NCBI GenBank assembly: GCA_039818205.1
Contig: JBCBUK010000002.1
Coordinates: 384,001-448,000 of the forward strand
Direction of reading: 5' to 3'
From: Verrucomicrobiota bacterium
GTDB taxonomy: Bacteria; Verrucomicrobiota; Verrucomicrobiia; Opitutales; Cerasicoccaceae
DNA: 64,000 nucleotides
The notes beneath the pieces were generated by a model that was given only the letters and a program-made list of their open reading frames with translations, was not told the origin of the DNA and did not search any database. Below, in pieces: positions 10,110 through 21,719 of this stretch (the stretch's first letter is position 1; every line of letters begins with the position of its first letter). A program made the position numbers and the translations under genes.

Positions 10110-10805
10110 CTATTTCTCGTCTGCACCCGTCGTCTCGGGGCCCGTGTATTTGAGCTCCATGGTCGAGAGCAATTCCCGAGCGGCTCGCAGACCATCGTCG
10201 CCACTGATCGGACTTCCCAGGCAGAAAACCCAGTAGCTGTCCCGATGATTGCCCAGGCGCGTGGCCATGGTGCGCGGATACAAAGGGTTGTCTTCAATGG
10301 TCATCAAGGAATCCCGAAAGCCTAATGGAACCCCATTTACGACCTCGGTGAATACCCTCACGTCGTTAAGGCCGTCACCAAAGGTCGAAACGTTTTCGTG
10401 CATTCGTTCAAGGACTCTGAGTTTGTCCACTTCGCCCAGTTTGGAGAAGTCAGCGCCGACGGCAGCGCTTTGCATGTCCGTGACGCGTTGATAGCGAACA
10501 CCCATTCGGTGGTTGTGGGGCACGAATGCGATCGCGACCTCGTCTTTGATCATCACCACGGTATAGGGAGAATTGCCTCCGGTGAAAAATTTCTCGGCCC
10601 AGGATTCAACGTATTGAGCATAGAAGTTTCGACCGTGGGTGTTCCAATCGTAGATCTCGAACCCTTGGGGAACGGAAAAAGTGAAGCCATCCATGCCGGT
10701 CTCGGTTCCGGTCACAGTATTACCCATGATCACTGGCTTGGTGTCGCTTGATTCGCAGGCGGCAAGTAGGGCGCAAACGCCAATTAGCAATAGTCCTCGT
10801 TTCAT
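10110..10805 (-). CDS. Hypothetical lipoprotein
   Basis: Lipobox in MKRGLLLIGVCALLAAC; fills the gap between neighbouring genes; AT-rich upstream region. Confidence 0.75.
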   Translation of the reverse strand: MKRGLLLIGVCALLAACESSDTKPVIMGNTVTGTETGMDGFTFSVPQGFEIYDWNTHGRNFYAQYVESWAEKFFTGGNSPYTVVMIKDEVAIAFVPHNHRMGVRYQRVTDMQSAAVGADFSKLGEVDKLRVLERMHENVSTFGDGLNDVRVFTEVVNGVPLGFRDSLMTIEDNPLYPRTMATRLGNHRDSYWVFCLGSPISGDDGLRAARELLSTMELKYTGPETTGADEK

Positions 10806-10984
10806 TGATCAAAATCAGAAGCTGGAATGTTGGCTTCGTAAAGAGTAATTTTCACAAAATAATATAATGAAAGAATGCGTATCGGATTGATGGTGTTTGT
10901 TCTAAGTTGTGCGCGCGACGAAAGATTAGCGGGCAGTGTCCTTTTTCGTTGCCTCCCCGGCGTCCCCTGGCGAAATCTCGGGCT

Positions 10985-12535
10985 ATGTCGAAACAAGCCC
11001 TCATTTCGGTCAGTGATAAAGCAGGCGTGGTTGAGTTCGCCACCGCGCTGGTCAACGACCATGATTACGTGATCCTTTCCACGGGCGGCACCGCCAAGAT
11101 CCTCGCGGAGGCCGGGTTGCCGGTGACCGAGGTCGGTGCCTACACGGGGTTCCCGGAAATGATGGAGGGCCGCATTAAGACCTTGCACCCAAAGATCCAT
11201 GGCGGCTTGCTGTGCCGCCGCGATAAGGAGGACCATCTCGCCCAAGCCAATGAGCATGGCATCGGCATGATTGATCTGGTATGCGTGAACCTTTATCCAT
11301 TTGAGGAGACCGTCGCGCGCCGGGATGCGACCTTTGAGGATGCCATTGAGAACATCGATATCGGCGGTCCATCAATGCTGCGTAGTGCCGCGAAAAATCA
11401 TGCGAGCGTTTCGGTAGTTTGCGATCCGGTTGACTACGATCGAGTCCTGACCGCATTGGGCGACGGCGGCGAGACGCTTTCCACACTGCGCCGGGAGTTG
11501 GCGCTCAAAACGTTCCAGCGTACCGCCGCTTACGACGCGGCGATTAGCAACTACCTCGATTCTAAATTAGCACCCGAGATTGAGGGTGGCGTGCTTGGCT
11601 TGCCGAGCCAGTTGAACATCAATTTGAAGCGCGCGCAGACCTTGCGTTACGGTGAGAATCCTCACCAGAAGGCGGCGTTGTTCGGTCGTTTTCACGAGTG
11701 CTTTGAGCAGCTGCAGGGAAAAGAACTTTCCTATAACAACATCATCGACATCACCGCGGCGGCTTATCTGATTGGCGAGTTCGAGAAACCTACGGTAGCG
11801 ATTCTCAAGCACACAAATCCGTGCGGAGTTGCCTCGGACCTGAATCTGACCACGGCTTGGGAGCAAGCATTTGAAACTGACAAGCAGGCGCCGTTTGGCG
11901 GGATCATCGTGATGAACCGCACCGTCGATGGGGAGCTTGCTGGTATCATCTCTAAGATCTTCTGCGAGGTGATCATCGCTCCCGAGTTCACCGATGAAGC
12001 ACGTGAAATTTTCGGCAAGAAAAAGAACCTGCGTTTAATGATCTCTCGCGACTGGCTGCGCGCCGAGTCCCTCCAAGAGGTCAAGAGCGTGATTGGTGGT
12101 GTGCTGGTGCAAGACCGCGACCAAAAGGCGATTAATCCGCGCGACTTTAAGGTGGTGACCGAGCGCCAACCAACTGAAGCCGAATGGGCCGCAATGCTCT
12201 TCGGTTGGCGGGTGGTTAAGCACGTGAAGTCGAATGCCATCGTTTACTCGTCGGCCGAGCGCACCCTGGGTGTTGGCGCCGGTCAAATGAGCCGGGTTGA
12301 CTCGAGCAACATCGCCGTTTGGAAGGCGGGTCAAGCAGGCTTGTCACTCGACGGAAGCGTGATTTGTTCAGATGCCTTTTTCCCCTTCCCGGATGGTCTA
12401 CTGGCCGCGGCCGATGCCGGTGCGAAAGCCGCCATTCAACCCGGTGGCTCGGTGAAGGATGAAGACGTAATTGCCGCCGCGAACGAACGCGGCATGGCGA
12501 TGGTCTTCACGGGCAACCGCCACTTTAAACACTAG
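10985..12535 (+). CDS. purH: Bifunctional AICAR transformylase/IMP cyclohydrolase
   Basis: ALISVSDK, STGGTA, GRIKTLHPKIHGG, IENIDIGGP, LRYGENPHQ, KHTNPCG, SDAFFPF, GNRHFKH. Confidence 0.98.
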   Translation: MSKQALISVSDKAGVVEFATALVNDHDYVILSTGGTAKILAEAGLPVTEVGAYTGFPEMMEGRIKTLHPKIHGGLLCRRDKEDHLAQANEHGIGMIDLVCVNLYPFEETVARRDATFEDAIENIDIGGPSMLRSAAKNHASVSVVCDPVDYDRVLTALGDGGETLSTLRRELALKTFQRTAAYDAAISNYLDSKLAPEIEGGVLGLPSQLNINLKRAQTLRYGENPHQKAALFGRFHECFEQLQGKELSYNNIIDITAAAYLIGEFEKPTVAILKHTNPCGVASDLNLTTAWEQAFETDKQAPFGGIIVMNRTVDGELAGIISKIFCEVIIAPEFTDEAREIFGKKKNLRLMISRDWLRAESLQEVKSVIGGVLVQDRDQKAINPRDFKVVTERQPTEAEWAAMLFGWRVVKHVKSNAIVYSSAERTLGVGAGQMSRVDSSNIAVWKAGQAGLSLDGSVICSDAFFPFPDGLLAAADAGAKAAIQPGGSVKDEDVIAAANERGMAMVFTGNRHFKH

Positions 12536-12620
12536 GAGACTTCCGGTTTAATTTGGTTATTCCCGTAGGCTAGCAAACTGCCCTTGCGAACGGTTTGGTC
12601 TTTCGTTGCGTCTAGGACAA

Positions 12621-12720
12621 TCTGGATGCAACGGCACGTTGCAAAAAAGCTCCAGCCGGATAGACCGACTGGAGCTTTATAAGACTAATACTGGCTAAAA
12701 GTCTGGATGCAACGGCACGT
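12621..12720. repeat. 19-bp direct repeat TCTGGATGCAACGGCACGT
   Basis: Identical copies at 12621-12639 and 12702-12720 flank the xylA terminator. Confidence 0.9.
12643..12678 (-). terminator. Intrinsic terminator of xylA, possibly bidirectional with purH
   Basis: Minus strand reads AAAGCTCCAGTCGG-tctat-CCGGCTGGAGCTTTTTT. Confidence 0.85.
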
Positions 12721-12722
12721 AG

Positions 12723-14030
12723 CTAGATGAATTCGTTGATCAGGTTCTCCAGGTATTCCTGGCGGCCGGAGAACGGAGCTGGGTCACCGTTGGCGAGTGC
12801 GAATTGCTCGAGTTCTGCGAAGCTGGCTTTTCCGGATTCGACCTTAGCGCCAAGTTCGCTATCCCAAGTGCTGTAACGCTCCTTGACGAATGCGTCGAGG
12901 CGACCGTCTTCGATGATTGCGGTAGCAATCTTGAGTCCGCGGGCGAAGGCATCCATTCCGCCGATGTGGGCGTGGAAAAGGTCAACGGGTTCGCAGGATT
13001 CGCGTCGGCGTTTCGCGTCGAAGTTCAAACCACCGGTGGTGAAGCCGCCCATTTTTAGGAGGACGAGCATGGTTTGGGTGGTCAGATAAAGATTGGTCGG
13101 GAATTGGTCGGTGTCCCAGCCAACATTTGCCGTGCCGTCGTTGGCGTCGATCGAACCCAGTGCGCCGGCGTTGGCAGCAGTGGTCAGCTCATGTTCCATC
13201 GTGTGGCCAGCGAGGGTCGCGTGGTTGGTTTCGATGTTGAGCTTAAAGTGATCGAGGAGATTGTATTCGCGGAGGAAGTTCAGGCAGGCGGCAGAGTCAG
13301 AATCATACTGGTGCGTGGTTGGCTCTTGCGGCTTTGGTTCAATGTAGAACTGACCTTCGAAACCGATCTCCTTCTTGTAGTCGACTGCCATGTGCAGGAA
13401 CGCGGCAAGGTGGTCGAGTTCGCGCTTCATGTTGGTGTTCAGGAGCGAGGTGTAGCCTTCGCGCCCACCCCAGAAGACGTAGCCTTCACCGTTGAGCATG
13501 TGGGTAACATCCATGGCCTTTTTCACCTGGGCTGCCGCGTAGGCATAGACGCCGAGGGAAGGCGAGGTTGCCGCACCGTGCATGTAGCGCGGGTTCACGA
13601 ACAAGCAGGCGGTTCCCCAAAGGAGCTTCTTGCCGTTGGCCTTTTGCAGCTCGGAGAACTCGGCGGCAATGGCGTCGAGGTTGGCTTGAGACTCCTTGAT
13701 GGAGTTGCCTTCAGCAACGACGTCGAAATCGTGGAAGCAATAGTAGTCGAGTTGGCACTTGTTCAGAAACTCGAAGAAAACGGAGGCCCGCTTCTTGGCA
13801 TTGTCGATGGAGTCGGTGCCATCGTCCCAAGGCATCTGCATGGTTCCAGCACCGAATGGATCTGCTCCGTTGCCGCGCATGGTGTGCCAATAGGCGCAGC
13901 CGAAGCGCAGGTGATCGCGCATGCTTTTGCCGCCAACGAGTTCGTCAGGATTGTAGTGCTTGAAAGCAAGCGGGTTCTTGCTGCTTGGTCCTTCGTATTG
14001 GACCGCGGGGATGTCGAAGTATTCGCTCAT
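12723..14030 (-). CDS. xylA: Xylose isomerase (class II)
   Basis: [63 protein letters not shown]. Confidence 0.98.
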   Translation of the reverse strand: MSEYFDIPAVQYEGPSSKNPLAFKHYNPDELVGGKSMRDHLRFGCAYWHTMRGNGADPFGAGTMQMPWDDGTDSIDNAKKRASVFFEFLNKCQLDYYCFHDFDVVAEGNSIKESQANLDAIAAEFSELQKANGKKLLWGTACLFVNPRYMHGAATSPSLGVYAYAAAQVKKAMDVTHMLNGEGYVFWGGREGYTSLLNTNMKRELDHLAAFLHMAVDYKKEIGFEGQFYIEPKPQEPTTHQYDSDSAACLNFLREYNLLDHFKLNIETNHATLAGHTMEHELTTAANAGALGSIDANDGTANVGWDTDQFPTNLYLTTQTMLVLLKMGGFTTGGLNFDAKRRRESCEPVDLFHAHIGGMDAFARGLKIATAIIEDGRLDAFVKERYSTWDSELGAKVESGKASFAELEQFALANGDPAPFSGRQEYLENLINEFI

Positions 14031-14131
14031 AGGGTTGCGGTGGGTATTTATTGGATTGTGCGGCGGTAATCTAGAAAAATTCGTCCTTTTCGGAAACCGT
14101 AAAATGCGGTAAAGTTTTGTGTTTTTGCGAC

Positions 14132-15307
14132 ATGGTAGATCGATCCACTCCACCGAAGTATCACCGCATTGCGCTGGTGATGTCCGATGTCTTTGTTCGT
14201 CGGCTGGCCCCCGGCTTGGGTCGCCTGGTGGGAACGGAGCGTGATTTTTGGACCGTCGATATTAATCGTCCGGTAGGGGAGTTGCGCCGAATTCTTGCGG
14301 ATTGGGCTCCACAGGGTATCATCACGGAATCGCTCCCGGAGGTCACTGAGGTCATTCTCGAGTTGGGTTTTCCCACCGTCATCGTGGATTCCGACGAGTG
14401 CTTTCCCGGCGTCGTCAGTATGGATGTCGATGATTTCGCGATTGGCGAGCTCGCGGCTCGGCACCTGATTGACGCCGGGCATTCGCATTTCGCGTGCGTG
14501 CTGAATCGGACGCCCTACGCGGAGCAGCGGGGGCGAGGTTTTCAAGAAACCTTGGCGAAGCAGGGGTTTGACTGTTCGGTGTTTCGCCAGAAACAAACGG
14601 AGGCGAAGCACTACGCGGAGCACTGGCTCCAGCCAGAGCCGGATCTCGCACGCTGGTTGCGTTCGCTGGCGAAGCCGACCGCATTGCTCGCGGCTCACGA
14701 TCCGCTCGGGCGCGCCGTGTGTGAGACTGCGCGGAGGGAGGGAATCAGTGTCCCGGAAACCTTGAGCGTGCTGGGTGTCAACAATGACGAGATTGTCTGC
14801 AACCTCAGTGCGCCGCCACTGTCGAGCATTACGGTGCCTTGGGAGACGCTCGCTCATTGGTCGGTTGATTGGCTTGAGGCATTGATTGACCACGGAAGCT
14901 GCTCGGAAGATCCTATCTTAGCCCGGCCGGGTGGGGTGGTGGATCGGCAATCGACAACGCTCTTGGCCCTGGACGATCCACTGTTGGCGCGCGCGATCCA
15001 GTTCATTCGGGAGAACTTTGCCGAGGGCATTGGCGTTAAGGAAACTGCGGCTCAGCTCGGAGTAAACCGCCGCACCCTTGAGCGTCGGTTTCAGGAAGCG
15101 CTGAAGCGATCGCCACGGGAGGAGATCTTGCGACTGCGCCTCCGGGAGTCGCGGCGACTATTGCGGGAGACAGACTTGAGTATGCCCTGGATCGCGGAGC
15201 GTTGTGGGTTTCCGAACGCCGAGCGGTTTTGCGTAGCCTTCCGGCAGGCTGAAGGCGTGCCGCCGACCCGATATCGCTCGGCAGCCGCTCAAAGCCAAGC
15301 GGAATAG
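14132..15307 (+). CDS. xylR: XylR-type regulator (periplasmic-binding-fold sensor plus C-terminal AraC HTH)
   Basis: [39 protein letters not shown]; divergent from xylA. Confidence 0.88.
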   Translation: MVDRSTPPKYHRIALVMSDVFVRRLAPGLGRLVGTERDFWTVDINRPVGELRRILADWAPQGIITESLPEVTEVILELGFPTVIVDSDECFPGVVSMDVDDFAIGELAARHLIDAGHSHFACVLNRTPYAEQRGRGFQETLAKQGFDCSVFRQKQTEAKHYAEHWLQPEPDLARWLRSLAKPTALLAAHDPLGRAVCETARREGISVPETLSVLGVNNDEIVCNLSAPPLSSITVPWETLAHWSVDWLEALIDHGSCSEDPILARPGGVVDRQSTTLLALDDPLLARAIQFIRENFAEGIGVKETAAQLGVNRRTLERRFQEALKRSPREEILRLRLRESRRLLRETDLSMPWIAERCGFPNAERFCVAFRQAEGVPPTRYRSAAAQSQAE

Positions 15308-15314
15308 GATTGGC

Positions 15315-16418
15315 CTAAACGGCGCTCAAGACCGTGCGGTTTGTGTCCGCAAGTGCCTGCGCCCGCAGTGAAAGCTCGGCCGCTTTGAAGGCATGCGCCT
15401 GAGTCATCGCGTTTTCGGTGCGGTTGAGGCAGTCGAGTATGAGTTGGCCAAAAAATGGAAACCCGACGTCACCCGCGACGGAGAGGTACTGCTCGCCGTC
15501 CTCGTTGCAAAGAATGATGTGGTCGCCGTTATCCGATTTGCCGAAGTCGAAGTATTTACGAATCTCGATCACACCCTTGGTTCCGGTGATGAAGGTCCGC
15601 CCATCGCCCCAGCCGCGCATCGTTGGTGGCGTGAACCAGTTGACCTTGGAAAAGCAGGATACACCGTTGTCGAGGAGCAGGACCGCGTCACCAACGTCCT
15701 CGAATTCGGGTTTGTCAGGATTGGAAAAATTGTCAACACGGGCGTGGAGGATCTCACCGCCTTGTTGGCGAGTGTAGTGCAGGAACTGCTCGAACTGGTG
15801 TGACGCGATGTCGGTCAGCACGCCGCCGTATTGCTCTTTGACGAAGAACCAATCTGGCCGACTTGGTTTCTTGAGACTGTGCGGTCCGAAGATTTCCATG
15901 TGGACGATGTCGCCGATCGCACCGTTCTGGATGAGTTCGTCGGCATACCACGCGGCTTCTGTGTGAATGCGCTCTGAAAAGTAGACCAGATATTTCTGGC
16001 CGGTGCGCTCTGCGATTTCACGGGCGTCGGCCAGTTGGTCCAAGGTGGTGAACGGGCACTTGTCGGTAAAGTAATCCTTACCGGCTTCCATCACCTGACA
16101 GCCGAGGGGGCCACGTAGGTTTGGAACTGCGGCAGCAGTAACGAGTTTGATGGACTCGTCGTCCAGGATGGCCTCCAGGGAACTGACAACCTGAGCCTCG
16201 GGATTGTGGGTTAGGAGGGAGTCAATCGTGCCCTGATTAGCCGGGTTGGGCTCGTAAATATATTTCAGTTGGCCACCGGCCTCGCGCAGCCCATTGCATT
16301 GACCATTGATGTGGCCATGGTCCAGGTGGGTTGCTGCGAAGAAGAATTCGCCAGGTGAAACAACTTTCTCAGTTCTCGCCGCGGTGGGCGCGTAATTCAT
16401 GCCGTCTTTTTCAGCCAT
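15315..16418 (-). CDS. Gfo/Idh/MocA family oxidoreductase
   Basis: HGHI, AGKDYFTDK(C)P, YGGVLTDIASHQ, WGDGR. Confidence 0.9.
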   Translation of the reverse strand: MAEKDGMNYAPTAARTEKVVSPGEFFFAATHLDHGHINGQCNGLREAGGQLKYIYEPNPANQGTIDSLLTHNPEAQVVSSLEAILDDESIKLVTAAAVPNLRGPLGCQVMEAGKDYFTDKCPFTTLDQLADAREIAERTGQKYLVYFSERIHTEAAWYADELIQNGAIGDIVHMEIFGPHSLKKPSRPDWFFVKEQYGGVLTDIASHQFEQFLHYTRQQGGEILHARVDNFSNPDKPEFEDVGDAVLLLDNGVSCFSKVNWFTPPTMRGWGDGRTFITGTKGVIEIRKYFDFGKSDNGDHIILCNEDGEQYLSVAGDVGFPFFGQLILDCLNRTENAMTQAHAFKAAELSLRAQALADTNRTVLSAV

Positions 16419-16470
16419 TCTTGTGGAGTTCCATTCGCTCAGGGGGGTGCTTGTTTAGAAAACAAACATA

Positions 16471-17886
16471 TTATTCGGCAAATGGAAACCCAAAAAACGA
16501 AGCGGCATTGTCATAGCAGACATCGCGGACCAGGCCGGAGTATAATTCCCATTCGTCGGGAATCAGTCCTTGTTCGACGTCTTTGCCAATCAGGTTGCAC
16601 AGGATCCGGCGGAAATATTCGTGACGCGCGAAGCTGAGGAAGCTGCGGGAATCGGTGAGCATGCCAACAAATTTACTCAGGAGGCCAAGATTGGAGAGCG
16701 TATTGAGTTGCCACTCCATGCCTTCTTTCTGGTCGAGGAACCACCAGCCGCTGCCGTATTGCATCTTGCCGGGAATCTCCGCGTCCTGGAAGCAGGCGAG
16801 CATGCTGGCAATCAGGTAGTTGTCGGTGGGATTCAAATTGTAGACGACCATCTTGGGGCAGGCGTTATCCTGATCCATGCGGTCGAGGTAGTTCTTTAGC
16901 GCCATCCCTTGTGGGTAGTCGGCCATGGTGTCAAAGCCACTGTCTGGTCCGAGTTGCTGAAACTGGCGGGTATTTACATTGCGAATGACGCCCGTGTGCA
17001 GCTGCTTGGTCCAGCCTTTCTCGGCGTCCAATGCGCCGAAGTAAACCATGAGGTTGCTGGCAAACTGATCCGCTTCTTCAGTTGAGATGGGTTTGCCATC
17101 GAGCACAGATTGATAAATCGCCGCGGCGCGCTCTTCGCTGATGAAATCGGCAAAGGGCTGGTGCATGCCATGGTCGGAAAGGCGACAGCCAACGGAATGG
17201 AAGAAGTCGTGGCGTTGCTTGAGGGCTTCCTTGAATTTATCGTAGCTAGAACAATCGATGTTGGAAACCGCTTCGAGCTTCTCGCGCCAGGGGTTGAAGA
17301 TTTCGGGCTGGCCGATCTTCAAGGCATTGTCGGGGCGGTAGGTTGGGAAGAGACCCGTGGAAACTGATGGGTCCGCGGCGGCAGCACGATGGTGGTCGAG
17401 GGTGTCGACGGGATCGTCCGTGGTGCAGGCGACCTTGACTTTAAACTTTTTCAAAAAGCCATTGGCGGAGAAGTCTTCTTGCTGAAGTTGCTCGTTGGCT
17501 CGCTCCCAGATTGATGGTGCCGACTGCTCGTTGATCAACTCGGTGATGCCGAATGCTCGTGCCATCTCAAGATGGCTCCAGTGGTATAGCGGATTGCGTA
17601 AGGTGGCCGGAATGGTGCGGCACCAAGCAATGAACTTATCATAGCCATCTCCGTCCCCCGTTACCAAGTGCTCTTCGACGCCATTGCACCTTAAGGCGCG
17701 CCACTTGTAGTGATCCTCTTCGAGCCATAGCTCGGCGAGGTTGCCGAATCGCCGATCGTTGGCGACATCTTGTGGTGGCAGATGGGAGTGGTAGTCAATG
17801 ATCGGGAGATCCTTGGCTACTTCATGATAGAGCCGCTTGGCGGTTTGACTTTGCAATAGAAAGTCATCGTGGATGAACGGGGGCAT
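16471..17886 (-). CDS. uxaC: Glucuronate (uronate) isomerase
   Basis: PIIDYHSHL, DHYKWRA, NPLYHWSH, CTTDDP, GSGWWFLD, GMLTDSRSFLS..RHEYFRR. Confidence 0.97.
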   Translation of the reverse strand: MPPFIHDDFLLQSQTAKRLYHEVAKDLPIIDYHSHLPPQDVANDRRFGNLAELWLEEDHYKWRALRCNGVEEHLVTGDGDGYDKFIAWCRTIPATLRNPLYHWSHLEMARAFGITELINEQSAPSIWERANEQLQQEDFSANGFLKKFKVKVACTTDDPVDTLDHHRAAAADPSVSTGLFPTYRPDNALKIGQPEIFNPWREKLEAVSNIDCSSYDKFKEALKQRHDFFHSVGCRLSDHGMHQPFADFISEERAAAIYQSVLDGKPISTEEADQFASNLMVYFGALDAEKGWTKQLHTGVIRNVNTRQFQQLGPDSGFDTMADYPQGMALKNYLDRMDQDNACPKMVVYNLNPTDNYLIASMLACFQDAEIPGKMQYGSGWWFLDQKEGMEWQLNTLSNLGLLSKFVGMLTDSRSFLSFARHEYFRRILCNLIGKDVEQGLIPDEWELYSGLVRDVCYDNAASFFGFPFAE

Positions 17887-17906
17887 CGGGAAATTCGATT
17901 GCAGGA

Positions 17907-18683
17907 TTATATGGTCATCGCGGCATAACCACCGTCGACCAACAGTTCGTGACCGGTAATGAATGAGCCGGCGTCGGAGGCCAAGAGCAAGGTTGCTCCC
18001 ACGAGTTCCTTCGATTCCCCAAAGCGCTTCATCGGTGTGTGTCCCATGATCTGCGCAACGCGCTCATCGCTAAGGATCTTGCGATTCTGCTCGGCCGGGA
18101 AAAACCCGGGGACGATTGTGTTCACCCGAATATTCTGTGTTGCCCACTCGCGGGCGAGGTTTTGCGAAAGGTTATGCACTGCAGCCTTCGAGGCCGAGTA
18201 GGTGAAGACGCGGGACAATGGCTTCACGCCGGACATGGAACCAACGTTGATGATGTTTCCACCACCGCGTTCGACAAAGTAGCGACCAAATACCTGGCTG
18301 GCGAAGAACACCGCCTTGAAGTTGATGTCCATGATCTTGTCGAACTCGTCTTCTTCAATTTCGAGGAACGGTGTTGGGCTATTGACGCCAGCGCCATTGA
18401 CCAGGATGTCGACCTGGCCGCTCTTGCTAACGACGCGATCAAGGAGATCGGTCAGTGCATCCTTGGAGCCCACGTCGCAGGGTTCGAAATAGCTCTTACC
18501 GTGGAATTGGTGGATCTTGGCCAGGCGTTCCTGGGCCTTCACTTCGTTGCGACCGACGAGCACGACCGTGGCGCCCGCACCAGCAAGGCCTTCGGCCATC
18601 GCACCGCACAACTCACCGGTGCCACCAATGACTACAGCGACTTTGCCTTGCAATGAAAAGAGTTCAGATAGGTATTCAGACAT
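17907..18683 (-). CDS. SDR oxidoreductase, D-mannonate oxidoreductase (UxuB, SDR type)-like
   Basis: [21 protein letters not shown], and [21 protein letters not shown], typical of SDR fructuronate reductases; 20 bp upstream of uxaC. Confidence 0.8.
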   Translation of the reverse strand: MSEYLSELFSLQGKVAVVIGGTGELCGAMAEGLAGAGATVVLVGRNEVKAQERLAKIHQFHGKSYFEPCDVGSKDALTDLLDRVVSKSGQVDILVNGAGVNSPTPFLEIEEDEFDKIMDINFKAVFFASQVFGRYFVERGGGNIINVGSMSGVKPLSRVFTYSASKAAVHNLSQNLAREWATQNIRVNTIVPGFFPAEQNRKILSDERVAQIMGHTPMKRFGESKELVGATLLLASDAGSFITGHELLVDGGYAAMTI

Positions 18684-18700
18684 GATAAAAATTGGTTAAG

Positions 18701-18726
18701 AAAAAGGAGGCCGTTGCCGACCTCCC
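18701..18726 (-). terminator. Terminator-like hairpin inside the operon, after the kinase gene
   Basis: Minus strand reads GGAGGTCG-gcaa-CGGCCTCC-TTTTT. Confidence 0.7.
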
Positions 18727-18742
18727 TTCAGTTAAATGGTAT

Positions 18743-19840
<1,098 letters not shown>

Positions 19841-19852
19841 GGTACTTATTGT

Positions 19853-20497
19853 TTAATTTTTCATTTGGCTGATGAATGTTTCCGCCTCATTGATGGCGGC
19901 ATTCATCTCGTCGATCAGGGCGGCGACGTCTCGTTCCACAGTAGTCACTTCGTTCTTGAGTGATGCGATCGCCCGCGCATTCAAGTTGTGCTTAAGGAAG
20001 AGAACTTGGTCGCGGAAGGCTGCGAGAACCGGCGTCATCTTTTGCTCGGCCCGATTCATGGCATTGATAAGGCGTGTGTACTCGCGCCGTGTTTGCACGA
20101 GTTGCTGTTCGCTGGCCCGACGAAGGTCACTGCGGGTATATTCATTGAGTTCGTCCTGCCATTCGTTGAACAAGGATTCCGCCACATCTTCAACTGCCTC
20201 GATACGGTCGCGAACGTCGTCTGCCCGTGACTCGCAACGCTCATACTGGCCCTTCAGGCTGTCGTAGCGTTTCTCCAATTCACCACCATCAATGGCGACG
20301 GTTGCCCTGAAGGCCTCGAGGGCATCTTCGAATTGTTCCTTGGCGTCCTCTTGGGTTTCCTGGGCGGCTTCCACGCGGTCGACCAGTAGCTCCCGCTTTT
20401 GGATGCCCACTTGCTCGAGGGCACTGTAATAAACGCTCGAGCATCCGCTGAGCAGGCCTGCTAACAGGGCAAAGACGATGATGTTAACGCGATTCAT
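19853..20497 (-). CDS. DUF2959 family coiled-coil lipoprotein
   Basis: Lipobox LLSGC, YY..LE..G..KRELLVDRV, DQVLFLKHNLNARAI. Confidence 0.85.
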   Translation of the reverse strand: MNRVNIIVFALLAGLLSGCSSVYYSALEQVGIQKRELLVDRVEAAQETQEDAKEQFEDALEAFRATVAIDGGELEKRYDSLKGQYERCESRADDVRDRIEAVEDVAESLFNEWQDELNEYTRSDLRRASEQQLVQTRREYTRLINAMNRAEQKMTPVLAAFRDQVLFLKHNLNARAIASLKNEVTTVERDVAALIDEMNAAINEAETFISQMKN

Positions 20498-20506
20498 TCC
20501 TGATAC

Positions 20507-21601
20507 TTAGACCGCTGTTTCAAATTCCGCAAGGTTCCAGGTCGCCGCGCCACACTCTTCAGCAAGCTCATTGAAGCCGCCGATCTCAGCTTCCGAGAAC
20601 AGGAGACCACCGTTCTTGGTGCTTCGCTCAGCTGCTTGTGCCTCGATCTGACCTGGGAGCAAGCAATGCTCGTTGCCGTGGCCGAGGATGTCGGCCAGGA
20701 CTGCCTTGACGTTTTCCGCTGAGCTTCGACCCAGTGCAAATTCGCCCGCCATGGCGTCCGGATGGATGACCTGGAAATAGAAGGCTGGAGTGTGTTTCTC
20801 CTCCGGTTGTTTTTCCCAGCGGGAGCGCAGCGTTGGCAAGCTGCCGCCAATAAATGCCGCAACGATTTCGTTGATCAAAGAAAGACCGTAGCCCTTGTGG
20901 GCACCAAAAGTGGTTAGTGCGGTAACGGCGTTGGGATCCGTGGTTGGGTTGCCATTGGCATCGACTCCCGCGCCTTCAGGCAGAGATTGGCCTTCACGGG
21001 CAAACTGCTGCACACGGCCCATGGCGACAACCGAGGTGGCCCAGTCGATCACGATCGGGAAGCCAACAGCGTCGGTGGTTGGGAAGCCCCAGGAATGAGG
21101 GTTGGTGCCAAGGGTTGGCGTCTTGCCCTTAAACGGAACAACTTCGGCCAGAGCGGCGGTGCAGTTGGTGTAGGCAATGTAGCCGCGGCGAGCCGCATCC
21201 ATCACGTAGCCGCCGCCCCAGAGATAGTGAAAGGCGTTGTCCACGGAGACCTGACCAATGCCGTACTTGTCGGCGAGTTCAATCGCGGTTTCGATCGCAT
21301 CGTAAGCCGTTGCTTGGCCGAGCTTGCGGTTGGCGTTCCAGATCTGCGAGGCCTCGAATCGAGTTTCCTTCTTTTCGATAACGGCGCCGGGCTTGCAGCC
21401 GTCGGCAGCGGATCCAAAGAGGTGGTCGAGGTGCAGCGCTTTCAAAGCGTTGTGTGTGCGGATGCCGTGCTTGGACGCGTAAGCGGCAAACTTGGCCGCA
21501 GCGTGGGCCTCGGACGCGTCAAAACCGCGATGCAGGTAGGCGGCTTCGACCAGTGCGTTATGCTTTTCTTCGGAGATAATGTAGAAGGTTTCTGTGCTCA
21601 T
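20507..21601 (-). CDS. Ldh_2 family (type-2 L-malate/L-lactate dehydrogenase-like) oxidoreductase
   Basis: GIRTH, ELADKYGIG, H..GGGY, LGTNP, DWATS, GAHKGYGLS, LLPG. Confidence 0.9.
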   Translation of the reverse strand: MSTETFYIISEEKHNALVEAAYLHRGFDASEAHAAAKFAAYASKHGIRTHNALKALHLDHLFGSAADGCKPGAVIEKKETRFEASQIWNANRKLGQATAYDAIETAIELADKYGIGQVSVDNAFHYLWGGGYVMDAARRGYIAYTNCTAALAEVVPFKGKTPTLGTNPHSWGFPTTDAVGFPIVIDWATSVVAMGRVQQFAREGQSLPEGAGVDANGNPTTDPNAVTALTTFGAHKGYGLSLINEIVAAFIGGSLPTLRSRWEKQPEEKHTPAFYFQVIHPDAMAGEFALGRSSAENVKAVLADILGHGNEHCLLPGQIEAQAAERSTKNGGLLFSEAEIGGFNELAEECGAATWNLAEFETAV

Positions 21602-21719
21602 GGAAATGGAGTTTAATTCGTGGGTGTAAGGGATTGTGTTTTTTGGCAACGAGTGGAATTTGGCAAGCGCTTGGGCCAGTCTGAGCTGGATCGGCGGATA
21701 GAGGTTGTTTTGGTCCGGT

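Noticed and set aside
10857..10884. dif-like sequence (minus strand GATACGCATTC-TTTCA-TTATATTATTT)
   Set aside because: Spacer is 5 bp rather than 6 and both arms mismatch the XerC/XerD consensus; more likely AT-rich promoter DNA
12621..12720. Possible mini-CRISPR (two repeats plus one spacer)
   Set aside because: Repeats are only 19 bp, the 62-bp spacer is a terminator, and there are no cas genes
13074..14069. 331-aa ORF antisense to xylA (likewise 18962-19792, 22355-23032, 36291-37115, 52448-53242)
   Set aside because: Each lies almost entirely over a well-supported gene on the other strand and shows no motifs; expected from codon bias
14030..14132. XylR binding sites in the xylA-xylR gap
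   Set aside because: Only loose CG(C/A)AAA-type direct repeats are visible; too degenerate to call
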